Assembly (NCBI RefSeq): GCF_009914755.1
Contig: NC_060929.1
Direction: 5' to 3' (one strand)
Source: the human T2T-CHM13v2.0 reference genome, Homo sapiens
Length of the DNA: 64,000 bases
The stretch's first letter is position 1; every line of letters starts with the position of its first letter. The notes below the pieces were generated by a model, which had not been told where the DNA came from, searched no databases, and was given only the letters and a program-made list of their open reading frames with translations. The translations under genes and the position numbers were made by a program. This document shows positions 49,381 through 62,170 of the stretch, piece by piece.

Positions 49381-51921
49381 ATCTTCACATAAAAAGTAGA
49401 CCCAAGCATTCTCAGAAGGTTCTTTGTGATGTGTGCGTTCAACTCACAGACTTGAAACTTTCTTTTGATAGAGCAGTGTTGAAACACACTTTTTGTAGAA
49501 TCCACAAGTATTCCTTTGGAGCGCTTTGTTGCCTATGTGGGAAAAAGGAATATCTTCACTTAAAAACTAGACAGAAGCATTCTCTGAAACTCCTCTGTGA
49601 AGTGTGTGTTCAATTCACATCGTTGAACCTTTCTTTTGATAGAGCAGTGTTGAAACATACTTTTTGTAGAATCTGCAAGTGTCCATTTCGAGTTCTTCTG
49701 TGCGTATGCTGGAAAAAGTGATATCTTCACCTGAAAAATAGACAGAAGCATTCCAGAAACTGCTTTGTAACATGTGCATTCAACTCACAGTGTTGAACCT
49801 TCCTTTTGAGAGAGCGGTTTTGAAACAGTCTTTTTGTAGTATCTGCAAGTGGATATTTGCAGTGATTTGAGGCCGAAGAAGGAAAAGGAAATACCTTCAA
49901 ATAAAAAGCTAGACGGAAGCATTTTCAGAAACTGCCTTGTGATGTGTGCATTCAACTCACAGAGTTGAACCTTCCTTTTGAGAGAGAAGTTTTGAAACAG
50001 TCTTTTTGTAGTATTTGCAAGTGGATATTTGGAGCGATTTGTGGAGTATGGTGGAAAATGAAATATCTTCACATACAAACTAGACAGAAGCATTGTCAGA
50101 AACTGCTTTGTGATGTGTGCATTTAAGTCACAGACTTGAAACTTCCTTTAGGTAGAGCAGTGTTGAAACACACTTTTTGTATAATCTACAAGTGTTCTTT
50201 GGAGTGCTTTGTTGCCTATGTTGGAAAAAGAAATATCTTCACATAAAAACTAGACAGAAGCATTCTCAGAAACTCCTTTGTAATGGGTTTGTTCAATTCA
50301 CATTGTTGAACCTTTCTTTTGATACAGCAGTGTTGAAACAAACATTTTGTAGAATCTGCAAGGGTTCATTTCAAATGCTTTGCGGCCTATGTTGGAAAAA
50401 GTGATATCTTCACCTAAAAAATAGACAGAAGCATTCTCAGGAACTGCTTTGTAATATGTGCATTCAACTCACAGAGTTGAACCTTCCTTTTGAGAGAGCG
50501 GTTTTGAAACAGTCTTTTTGTAGTATCTGCAAGTGGATATTTGGAGCGATTTGAGGTCTAAGAAGGAAAAGGAAGTACCTTCAAATAAAAACTAGACAGA
50601 AGCTTTCTCAGAAACTGCTTTGTGATGTGTGCATTTAACTCAAAGTCTTGATCCTTACTTTTGTTAGAGCAGTGTTGAAACACACTTTTTGTAGAACCTG
50701 GTAGTGTTCATTTGGAGAGATTTGTTGCCTATGGTGGAAAAAGGATTATCTTCTCTTAAAAACTAGACAGAAGCATTCTTAGAAACTGCTTTGTGATGTG
50801 TGTGTTCAATTCACAGAGTTGAAACTTTCCTTTGACAGAGCAGGTTTGAAACACTGCTTCTGTAGAATCTGCTTGTGGATATTGGGAGCTCCTTGAGGAA
50901 TACGTTGTAAAAGGCATATCTTCACATACAAACTAGACAGAAGCATTCTCAGAAACTGCTTTGTGATGTGCGCATTCAACTCACAGAGTTGAACCTTCCA
51001 TTTGAGAGAGCAGTGTGGAAACGGTCTTTTTGTAGTATCTTCAATTGGATATTTGGAGCGATTTGAGGCCTATGATGGAAAAGGAAATATCTTCACATAC
51101 AAACTAGACAGAAGCATTCTCAGAAACTGCTTTGTGATGTGTGCATTCAACCCACAGAGTTGAACCTTCCTTTTGAGAGAGCAGTGTTGAAACGGTCTTT
51201 TGTAGTATCTGCAAGTGGATATTTGGAGCGATTTGAGGCCTATGATGGAAAAGGAAATATCTTCACATACAAACTAGACAGAAGCATTCTCAGAAACTGC
51301 TTTGTGATGTGTGCATTCAACCGACAGATTTGAACTTTCCTTTGGAGAGGGAGGTTTTGAAACAGTCTTTTTGTAGTATCTGCAAGTGGATATTTGTAGT
51401 GACTTGGGGCCTCAGGTGGAAAAGGAAATACCTTCACATACAAAGTAGACAGAAGTATTCTCAGAAACTCCATTGTGATGTGTGCACTCAACTCACAGAG
51501 TTGAACCTTCCTTTTGAGAGAGCAGTTTTGAAACAGTCTTTTTGTAACGTCTGCATGTGGATATTTGGAGCGATTCGAGTAGTATGATGGAAAAGGAAAT
51601 ATCTTCACATACAAACTAAACAGAAGCATTCTCAGAAACTTCTTGTGATGTGTGCATTCACCTAACAGAGTGGAACCGTTCTTTTGATAGAGCAGTTTTG
51701 AATCAGTCTTTTGGTAGGACCTGCAAGTTTTCATTTGGAGCGCTTTGAAGCCCATGGTGGAAAAGGGACTATCTTCACAAAAAACTAGGCAGAAGCCTTC
51801 TCAGGAACTTCATTGAGATGTGTGCATTCAACTAACAGAGTTGAAACTGTCTTTTGACAGAGGAGGAATGAAACACTCCTTTTGTAGTATCTGATTGTGT
51901 GTATTTGGAACTCTTTGAGTT

Positions 51922-51938
51922 ATTCGTTGGAAACGGGT
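51922..51938 (+). promoter_or_regulatory. CENP-B box, intact
   Basis: ATTCGTTGGAAACGGGT. Confidence 0.93.
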
Positions 51939-54479
51939 ATCTTCACATAAAAAGTAGACCCAAGCATTCTCAGAAGGTTCTTTGTGATGTGTGCGTTCAA
52001 CTCACAGACTTGAAACTTTCTTTTGATAGAGCAGTGTTGAAACACACTTTTTGTAGAATCCACAAGTATTCCTTTGGAGCGCTTTGTTGCCTATGTGGGA
52101 AAAAGGAATATCTTCACTTAAAAACTAGACAGAAGCATTCTCTGAAACTCCTCTGTGAAGTGTGTGTTCAATTCACATCGTTGAACCTTTCTTTTGATAG
52201 AGCAGTGTTGAAACATACTTTTTGTAGAATCTGCAAGTGTCCATTTCGAGTTCTTCTGTGCGTATGCTGGAAAAAGTGATATCTTCACCTGAAAAATAGA
52301 CAGAAGCATTCCAGAAACTGCTTTGTAACATGTGCATTCAACTCACAGTGTTGAACCTTCCTTTTGAGAGAGCGGTTTTGAAACAGTCTTTTTGTAGTAT
52401 CTGCAAGTGGATATTTGCAGTGATTTGAGGCCGAAGAAGGAAAAGGAAATACCTTCAAATAAAAAACTAGACGGAAGCATTTTCAGAAACTGCCTTGTGA
52501 TGTGTGCATTCAACTCACAGAGTTGAACCTTCCTTTTGAGAGAGAAGTTTTGAAACAGTCTTTTTGTAGTATTTGCAAGTGGATATTTGGAGCGATTTGT
52601 GGAGTATGGTGGAAAATGAAATATCTTCACATACAAACTAGACAGAAGCATTGTCAGAAACTGCTTTGTGATGTGTGCATTTAAGTCACAGACTTGAAAC
52701 TTCCTTTAGGTAGAGCAGTGTTGAAACACACTTTTTGTATAATCTACAAGTGTTCTTTGGAGTGCTTTGTTGCCTATGTTGGAAAAAGAAATATCTTCAC
52801 ATAAAAACTAGACAGAAGCATTCTCAGAAACTCCTTTGTAATGGGTTTGTTCAATTCACATTGTTGAACCTTTCTTTTGATACAGCAGTGTTGAAACAAA
52901 CATTTTGTAGAATCTGCAAGGGTTCATTTCAAATGCTTTGCGGCCTATGTTGGAAAAAGTGATATCTTCACCTAAAAAATAGACAGAAGCATTCTCAGGA
53001 ACTGCTTTGTAATATGTGCATTCAACTCACAGAGTTGAACCTTCCTTTTGAGAGAGCGGTTTTGAAACAGTCTTTTTGTAGTATCTGCAAGTGGATATTT
53101 GGAGCGATTTGAGGTCTAAGAAGGAAAAGGAAGTACCTTCAAATAAAAACTAGACAGAAGCTTTCTCAGAAACTGCTTTGTGATGTGTGCATTTAACTCA
53201 AAGTCTTGATCCTTACTTTTGTTAGAGCAGTGTTGAAACACACTTTTTGTAGAACCTGGTAGTGTTCATTTGGAGAGATTTGTTGCCTATGGTGGAAAAA
53301 GGATTATCTTCTCTTAAAAACTAGACAGAAGCATTCTTAGAAACTGCTTTGTGATGTGTGTGTTCAATTCACAGAGTTGAAACTTTCCTTTGACAGAGCA
53401 GGTTTGAAACACTGCTTCTGTAGAATCTGCTTGTGGATATTGGGAGCTCCTTGAGGAATACGTTGTAAAAGGCATATCTTCACATACAAACTAGACAGAA
53501 GCATTCTCAGAAACTGCTTTGTGATGTGTGCATTCAACTCACAGAGTTGAACCTTCCATTTGAGAGAGCAGTGTGGAAACGGTCTTTTTGTAGTATCTTC
53601 AATTGGATATTTGGAGCGATTTGAGGCCTATGATGGAAAAGGAAATATCTTCACATACAAACTAGACAGAAGCATTCTCAGAAACTGCTTTGTGATGTGT
53701 GCATTCAACCCACAGAGTTGAACCTTCCTTTTGAGAGAGCAGTGTTGAAACGGTCTTTTGTAGTATCTGCAAGTGGATATTTGGAGCGATTTGAGGCCTA
53801 TGATGGAAAAGGAAATATCTTCACATACAAACTAGACAGAAGCATTCTCAGAAACTGCTTTGTGATGTGTGCATTCAACCGACAGATTTGAACTTTCCTT
53901 TGGAGAGGGAGGTTTTGAAACAGTCTTTTTGTAGTATCTGCAAGTGGATATTTGTAGTGACTTGGGGCCTCAGGTGGAAAAGGAAATACCTTCACATACA
54001 AAGTAGACAGAAGTATTCTCAGAAACTCCATTGTGATGTGTGCACTCAACTCACAGAGTTGAACCTTCCTTTTGAGAGAGCAGTTTTGAAACAGTCTTTT
54101 TGTAACGTCTGCATGTGGATATTTGGAGCGATTCGAGTAGTATGATGGAAAAGGAAATATCTTCACATACAAACTAAACAGAAGCATTCTCAGAAACTTC
54201 TTGTGATGTGTGCATTCACCTAACAGAGTGGAACCGTTCTTTTGATAGAGCAGTTTTGAATCAGTCTTTTGGTAGGACCTGCAAGTTTTCATTTGGAGTG
54301 CTTTGAAGCCCATGGTGGAAAAGGGACTATCTTCACAAAAAACTAGGCAGAAGCCTTCTCAGGAACTTCATTGAGATGTGTGCATTCAACTAACAGAGTT
54401 GAAACTGTCTTTTGACAGAGGAGGAATGAAACACTCCTTTTGTAGTATCTGATTGTGTGTATTTGGAACTCTTTGAGTT

Positions 54480-54496
54480 ATTCGTTGGAAACGGGT
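54480..54496 (+). promoter_or_regulatory. CENP-B box, intact
   Basis: ATTCGTTGGAAACGGGT. Confidence 0.93.
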
Positions 54497-57037
54497 ATCT
54501 TCACATAAAAAGTAGACCCAAGCATTCTCAGAAGGTTCTTTGTGATGTGTGCGTTCAACTCACAGACTTGAAACTTTCTTTTGATAGAGCAGTGTTGAAA
54601 CACACTTTTTGTAGAATCCACAAGTATTCCTTTGGAGCGCTTTGTTGCCTATGTGGGAAAAAGGAATATCTTCACTTAAAAACTAGACAGAAGCATTCTC
54701 TGAAACTCCTCTGTGAAGTGTGTGTTCAATTCACATCGTTGAACCTTTCTTTTGATAGAGCAGTGTTGAAACATACTTTTTGTAGAATCTGCAAGTGTCC
54801 ATTTCGAGTTCTTCTGTGCGTATGCTGGAAAAAGTGATATCTTCACCTGAAAAATAGACAGAAGCATTCCAGAAACTGCTTTGTAACATGTGCATTCAAC
54901 TCACAGTGTTGAACCTTCCTTTTGAGAGAGCGGTTTTGAAACAGTCTTTTTGTAGTATCTGCAAGTGGATATTTGCAGTGATTTGAGGCCGAAGAAGGAA
55001 AAGGAAATACCTTCAAATAAAAAGCTAGACGGAAGCATTTTCAGAAACTGCCTTGTGATGTGTGCATTCAACTCACAGAGTTGAACCTTCCTTTTGAGAG
55101 AGAAGTTTTGAAACAGTCTTTTTGTAGTATTTGCAAGTGGATATTTGGAGCGATTTGTGGAGTATGGTGGAAAATGAAATATCTTCACATACAAACTAGA
55201 CAGAAGCATTGTCAGAAACTGCTTTGTGATGTGTGCATTTAAGTCACAGACTTGAAACTTCCTTTAGGTAGAGCAGTGTTGAAACACACTTTTTGTATAA
55301 TCTACAAGTGTTCTTTGGAGTGCTTTGTTGCCTATGTTGGAAAAAGAAATATCTTCACATAAAAACTAGACAGAAGCATTCTCAGAAACTCCTTTGTAAT
55401 GGGTTTGTTCAATTCACATTGTTGAACCTTTCTTTTGATACAGCAGTGTTGAAACAAACATTTTGTAGAATCTGCAAGGGTTCATTTCAAATGCTTTGCG
55501 GCCTATGTTGGAAAAAGTGATATCTTCACCTAAAAAATAGACAGAAGCATTCTCAGGAACTGCTTTGTAATATGTGCATTCAACTCACAGAGTTGAACCT
55601 TCCTTTTGAGAGAGCGGTTTTGAAACAGTCTTTTTGTAGTATCTGCAAGTGGATATTTGGAGCGATTTGAGGTCTAAGAAGGAAAAGGAAGTACCTTCAA
55701 ATAAAAACTAGACAGAAGCTTTCTCAGAAACTGCTTTGTGATGTGTGCATTTAACTCAAAGTCTTGATCCTTACTTTTGTTAGAGCAGTGTTGAAACACA
55801 CTTTTTGTAGAACCTGGTAGTGTTCATTTGGAGAGATTTGTTGCCTATGGTGGAAAAAGGATTATCTTCTCTTAAAAACTAGACAGAAGCATTCTTAGAA
55901 ACTGCTTTGTGATGTGTGTGTTCAATTCACAGAGTTGAAACTTTCCTTTGACAGAGCAGGTTTGAAACACTGCTTCTGTAGAATCTGCTTGTGGATATTG
56001 GGAGCTCCTTGAGGAATACGTTGTAAAAGGCATATCTTCACATACAAACTAGACAGAAGCATTCTCAGAAACTGCTTTGTGATGTGCGCATTCAACTCAC
56101 AGAGTTGAACCTTCCATTTGAGAGAGCAGTGTGGAAACGGTCTTTTTGTAGTATCTTCAATTGGATATTTGGAGCGATTTGAGGCCTATGATGGAAAAGG
56201 AAATATCTTCACATACAAACTAGACAGAAGCATTCTCAGAAACTGCTTTGTGATGTGTGCATTCAACCCACAGAGTTGAACCTTCCTTTTGAGAGAGCAG
56301 TGTTGAAACGGTCTTTTGTAGTATCTGCAAGTGGATATTTGGAGCGATTTGAGGCCTATGATGGAAAAGGAAATATCTTCACATACAAACTAGACAGAAG
56401 CATTCTCAGAAACTGCTTTGTGATGTGTGCATTCAACCGACAGATTTGAACTTTCCTTTGGAGAGGGAGGTTTTGAAACAGTCTTTTTGTAGTATCTGCA
56501 AGTGGATATTTGTAGTGACTTGGGGCCTCAGGTGGAAAAGGAAATACCTTCACATACAAAGTAGACAGAAGTATTCTCAGAAACTCCATTGTGATGTGTG
56601 CACTCAACTCACAGAGTTGAACCTTCCTTTTGAGAGAGCAGTTTTGAAACAGTCTTTTTGTAACGTCTGCATGTGGATATTTGGAGCGATTCGAGTAGTA
56701 TGATGGAAAAGGAAATATCTTCACATACAAACTAAACAGAAGCATTCTCAGAAACTTCTTGTGATGTGTGCATTCACCTAACAGAGTGGAACCGTTCTTT
56801 TGATAGAGCAGTTTTGAATCAGTCTTTTGGTAGGACCTGCAAGTTTTCATTTGGAGCGCTTTGAAGCCCATGGTGGAAAAGGGACTATCTTCACAAAAAA
56901 CTAGGCAGAAGCCTTCTCAGGAACTTCATTGAGATGTGTGCATTCAACTAACAGAGTTGAAACTGTCTTTTGACAGAGGAGGAATGAAACACTCCTTTTG
57001 TAGTATCTGATTGTGTGTATTTGGAACTCTTTGAGTT

Positions 57038-57054
57038 ATTCGTTGGAAACGGGT
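57038..57054 (+). promoter_or_regulatory. CENP-B box, intact
   Basis: ATTCGTTGGAAACGGGT. Confidence 0.93.
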
Positions 57055-59595
57055 ATCTTCACATAAAAAGTAGACCCAAGCATTCTCAGAAGGTTCTTTG
57101 TGATGTGTGCGTTCAACTCACAGACTTGAAACTTTCTTTTGATAGAGCAGTGTTGAAACACACTTTTTGTAGAATCCACAAGTATTCCTTTGGAGCGCTT
57201 TGTTGCCTATGTGGGAAAAAGGAATATCTTCACTTAAAAACTAGACAGAAGCATTCTCTGAAACTCCTCTGTGAAGTGTGTGTTCAATTCACATCGTTGA
57301 ACCTTTCTTTTGATAGAGCAGTGTTGAAACATACTTTTTGTAGAATCTGCAAGTGTCCATTTCGAGTTCTTCTGTGCGTATGCTGGAAAAAGTGATATCT
57401 TCACCTGAAAAATAGACAGAAGCATTCCAGAAACTGCTTTGTAACATGTGCATTCAACTCACAGTGTTGAACCTTCCTTTTGAGAGAGCGGTTTTGAAAC
57501 AGTCTTTTTGTAGTATCTGCAAGTGGATATTTGCAGTGATTTGAGGCCGAAGAAGGAAAAGGAAATACCTTCAAATAAAAAACTAGACGGAAGCATTTTC
57601 AGAAACTGCCTTGTGATGTGTGCATTCAACTCACAGAGTTGAACCTTCCTTTTGAGAGAGAAGTTTTGAAACAGTCTTTTTGTAGTATTTGCAAGTGGAT
57701 ATTTGGAGCGATTTGTGGAGTATGGTGGAAAATGAAATATCTTCACATACAAACTAGACAGAAGCATTGTCAGAAACTGCTTTGTGATGTGTGCATTTAA
57801 GTCACAGACTTGAAACTTCCTTTAGGTAGAGCAGTGTTGAAACACACTTTTTGTATAATCTACAAGTGTTCTTTGGAGTGCTTTGTTGCCTATGTTGGAA
57901 AAAGAAATATCTTCACATAAAAACTAGACAGAAGCATTCTCAGAAACTCCTTTGTGATGGGTTTGTTCAATTCACATTGTTGAACCTTTCTTTTGATACA
58001 GCAGTGTTGAAACAAACATTTTGTAGAATCTGCAAGGGTTCATTTCAAATGCTTTGCGGCCTATGTTGGAAAAAGTGATATCTTCACCTAAAAAATAGAC
58101 AGAAGCATTCTCAGGAACTGCTTTGTAATATGTGCATTCAACTCACAGAGTTGAACCTTCCTTTTGAGAGAGCGGTTTTGAAACAGTCTTTTTGTAGTAT
58201 CTGCAAGTGGATATTTGGAGCGATTTGAGGTCTAAGAAGGAAAAGGAAGTACCTTCAAATAAAAACTAGACAGAAGCTTTCTCAGAAACTGCTTTGTGAT
58301 GTGTGCATTTAACTCAAAGTCTTGATCCTTACTTTTGTTAGAGCAGTGTTGAAACACACTTTTTGTAGAACCTGGTAGTGTTCATTTGGAGAGATTTGTT
58401 GCCTATGGTGGAAAAAGGATTATCTTCTCTTAAAAACTAGACAGAAGCATTCTTAGAAACTGCTTTGTGATGTGTGTGTTCAATTCACAGAGTTGAAACT
58501 TTCCTTTGACAGAGCAGGTTTGAAACACTGCTTCTGTAGAATCTGCTTGTGGATATTGGGAGCTCCTTGAGGAATACGTTGTAAAAGGCATATCTTCACA
58601 TACAAACTAGACAGAAGCATTCTCAGAAACTGCTTTGTGATGTGTGCATTCAACTCACAGAGTTGAACCTTCCATTTGAGAGAGCAGTGTGGAAACGGTC
58701 TTTTTGTAGTATCTTCAATTGGATATTTGGAGCGATTTGAGGCCTATGATGGAAAAGGAAATATCTTCACATACAAACTAGACAGAAGCATTCTCAGAAA
58801 CTGCTTTGTGATGTGTGCATTCAACCCACAGAGTTGAACCTTCCTTTTGAGAGAGCAGTGTTGAAACGGTCTTTTGTAGTATCTGCAAGTGGATATTTGG
58901 AGCGATTTGAGGCCTATGATGGAAAAGGAAATATCTTCACATACAAACTAGACAGAAGCATTCTCAGAAACTGCTTTGTGATGTGTGCATTCAACCGACA
59001 GATTTGAACTTTCCTTTGGAGAGGGAGGTTTTGAAACAGTCTTTTTGTAGTATCTGCAAGTGGATATTTGTAGTGACTTGGGGCCTCAGGTGGAAAAGGA
59101 AATACCTTCACATACAAAGTAGACAGAAGTATTCTCAGAAACTCCATTGTGATGTGTGCACTCAACTCACAGAGTTGAACCTTCCTTTTGAGAGAGCAGT
59201 TTTGAAACAGTCTTTTTGTAACGTCTGCATGTGGATATTTGGAGCGATTCGAGTAGTATGATGGAAAAGGAAATATCTTCACATACAAACTAAACAGAAG
59301 CATTCTCAGAAACTTCTTGTGATGTGTGCATTCACCTAACAGAGTGGAACCGTTCTTTTGATAGAGCAGTTTTGAATCAGTCTTTTGGTAGGACCTGCAA
59401 GTTTTCATTTGGAGTGCTTTGAAGCCCATGGTGGAAAAGGGACTATCTTCACAAAAAACTAGGCAGAAGCCTTCTCAGGAACTTCATTGAGATGTGTGCA
59501 TTCAACTAACAGAGTTGAAACTGTCTTTTGACAGAGGAGGAATGAAACACTCCTTTTGTAGTATCTGATTGTGTGTATTTGGAACTCTTTGAGTT

Positions 59596-59612
59596 ATTCG
59601 TTGGAAACGGGT
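59596..59612 (+). promoter_or_regulatory. CENP-B box, intact
   Basis: ATTCGTTGGAAACGGGT. Confidence 0.93.
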
Positions 59613-62153
59613 ATCTTCACATAAAAAGTAGACCCAAGCATTCTCAGAAGGTTCTTTGTGATGTGTGCGTTCAACTCACAGACTTGAAACTTTCTTTTGA
59701 TAGAGCAGTGTTGAAACACACTTTTTGTAGAATCCACAAGTATTCCTTTGGAGCGCTTTGTTGCCTATGTGGGAAAAAGGAATATCTTCACTTAAAAACT
59801 AGACAGAAGCATTCTCTGAAACTCCTCTGTGAAGTGTGTGTTCAATTCACATCGTTGAACCTTTCTTTTGATAGAGCAGTGTTGAAACATACTTTTTGTA
59901 GAATCTGCAAGTGTCCATTTCGAGTTCTTCTGTGCGTATGCTGGAAAAAGTGATATCTTCACCTGAAAAATAGACAGAAGCATTCCAGAAACTGCTTTGT
60001 AACATGTGCATTCAACTCACAGTGTTGAACCTTCCTTTTGAGAGAGCGGTTTTGAAACAGTCTTTTTGTAGTATCTGCAAGTGGATATTTGCAGTGATTT
60101 GAGGCCGAAGAAGGAAAAGGAAATACCTTCAAATAAAAAACTAGACGGAAGCATTTTCAGAAACTGCCTTGTGATGTGTGCATTCAACTCACAGAGTTGA
60201 ACCTTCCTTTTGAGAGAGAAGTTTTGAAACAGTCTTTTTGTAGTATTTGCAAGTGGATATTTGGAGCGATTTGTGGAGTATGGTGGAAAATGAAATATCT
60301 TCACATACAAACTAGACAGAAGCATTGTCAGAAACTGCTTTGTGATGTGTGCATTTAAGTCACAGACTTGAAACTTCCTTTAGGTAGAGCAGTGTTGAAA
60401 CACACTTTTTGTATAATCTACAAGTGTTCTTTGGAGTGCTTTGTTGCCTATGTTGGAAAAAGAAATATCTTCACATAAAAACTAGACAGAAGCATTCTCA
60501 GAAACTCCTTTGTAATGGGTTTGTTCAATTCACATTGTTGAACCTTTCTTTTGATACAGCAGTGTTGAAACAAACATTTTGTAGAATCTGCAAGGGTTCA
60601 TTTCAAATGCTTTGCGGCCTATGTTGGAAAAAGTGATATCTTCACCTAAAAAATAGACAGAAGCATTCTCAGGAACTGCTTTGTAATATGTGCATTCAAC
60701 TCACAGAGTTGAACCTTCCTTTTGAGAGAGCGGTTTTGAAACAGTCTTTTTGTAGTATCTGCAAGTGGATATTTGGAGCGATTTGAGGTCTAAGAAGGAA
60801 AAGGAAGTACCTTCAAATAAAAACTAGACAGAAGCTTTCTCAGAAACTGCTTTGTGATGTGTGCATTTAACTCAAAGTCTTGATCCTTACTTTTGTTAGA
60901 GCAGTGTTGAAACACACTTTTTGTAGAACCTGGTAGTGTTCATTTGGAGAGATTTGTTGCCTATGGTGGAAAAAGGATTATCTTCTCTTAAAAACTAGAC
61001 AGAAGCATTCTTAGAAACTGCTTTGTGATGTGTGTGTTCAATTCACAGAGTTGAAACTTTCCTTTGACAGAGCAGGTTTGAAACACTGCTTCTGTAGAAT
61101 CTGCTTGTGGATATTGGGAGCTCCTTGAGGAATACGTTGTAAAAGGCATATCTTCACATACAAACTAGACAGAAGCATTCTCAGAAACTGCTTTGTGATG
61201 TGTGCATTCAACTCACAGAGTTGAACCTTCCATTTGAGAGAGCAGTGTGGAAACGGTCTTTTTGTAGTATCTTCAATTGGATATTTGGAGCGATTTGAGG
61301 CCTATGATGGAAAAGGAAATATCTTCACATACAAACTAGACAGAAGCATTCTCAGAAACTGCTTTGTGATGTGTGCATTCAACCCACAGAGTTGAACCTT
61401 CCTTTTGAGAGAGCAGTGTTGAAACGGTCTTTTGTAGTATCTGCAAGTGGATATTTGGAGCGATTTGAGGCCTATGATGGAAAAGGAAATATCTTCACAT
61501 ACAAACTAGACAGAAGCATTCTCAGAAACTGCTTTGTGATGTGTGCATTCAACCGACAGATTTGAACTTTCCTTTGGAGAGGGAGGTTTTGAAACAGTCT
61601 TTTTGTAGTATCTGCAAGTGGATATTTGTAGTGACTTGGGGCCTCAGGTGGAAAAGGAAATACCTTCACATACAAAGTAGACAGAAGTATTCTCAGAAAC
61701 TCCATTGTGATGTGTGCACTCAACTCACAGAGTTGAACCTTCCTTTTGAGAGAGCAGTTTTGAAACAGTCTTTTTGTAACGTCTGCATGTGGATATTTGG
61801 AGCGATTCGAGTACTATGATGGAAAAGGAAATATCTTCACATACAAACTAAACAGAAGCATTCTCAGAAACTTCTTGTGATGTGTGCATTCACCTAACAG
61901 AGTGGAACCGTTCTTTTGATAGAGCAGTTTTGAATCAGTCTTTTGGTAGGACCTGCAAGTTTTCATTTGGAGTGCTTTGAAGCCCATGGTGGAAAAGGGA
62001 CTATCTTCACAAAAAACTAGGCAGAAGCCTTCTCAGGAACTTCATTGAGATGTGTGCATTCAACTAACAGAGTTGAAACTGTCTTTTGACAGAGGAGGAA
62101 TGAAACACTCCTTTTGTAGTATCTGATTGTGTGTATTTGGAACTCTTTGAGTT

Positions 62154-62170
62154 ATTCGTTGGAAACGGGT
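62154..62170 (+). promoter_or_regulatory. CENP-B box, intact
   Basis: ATTCGTTGGAAACGGGT. Confidence 0.93.
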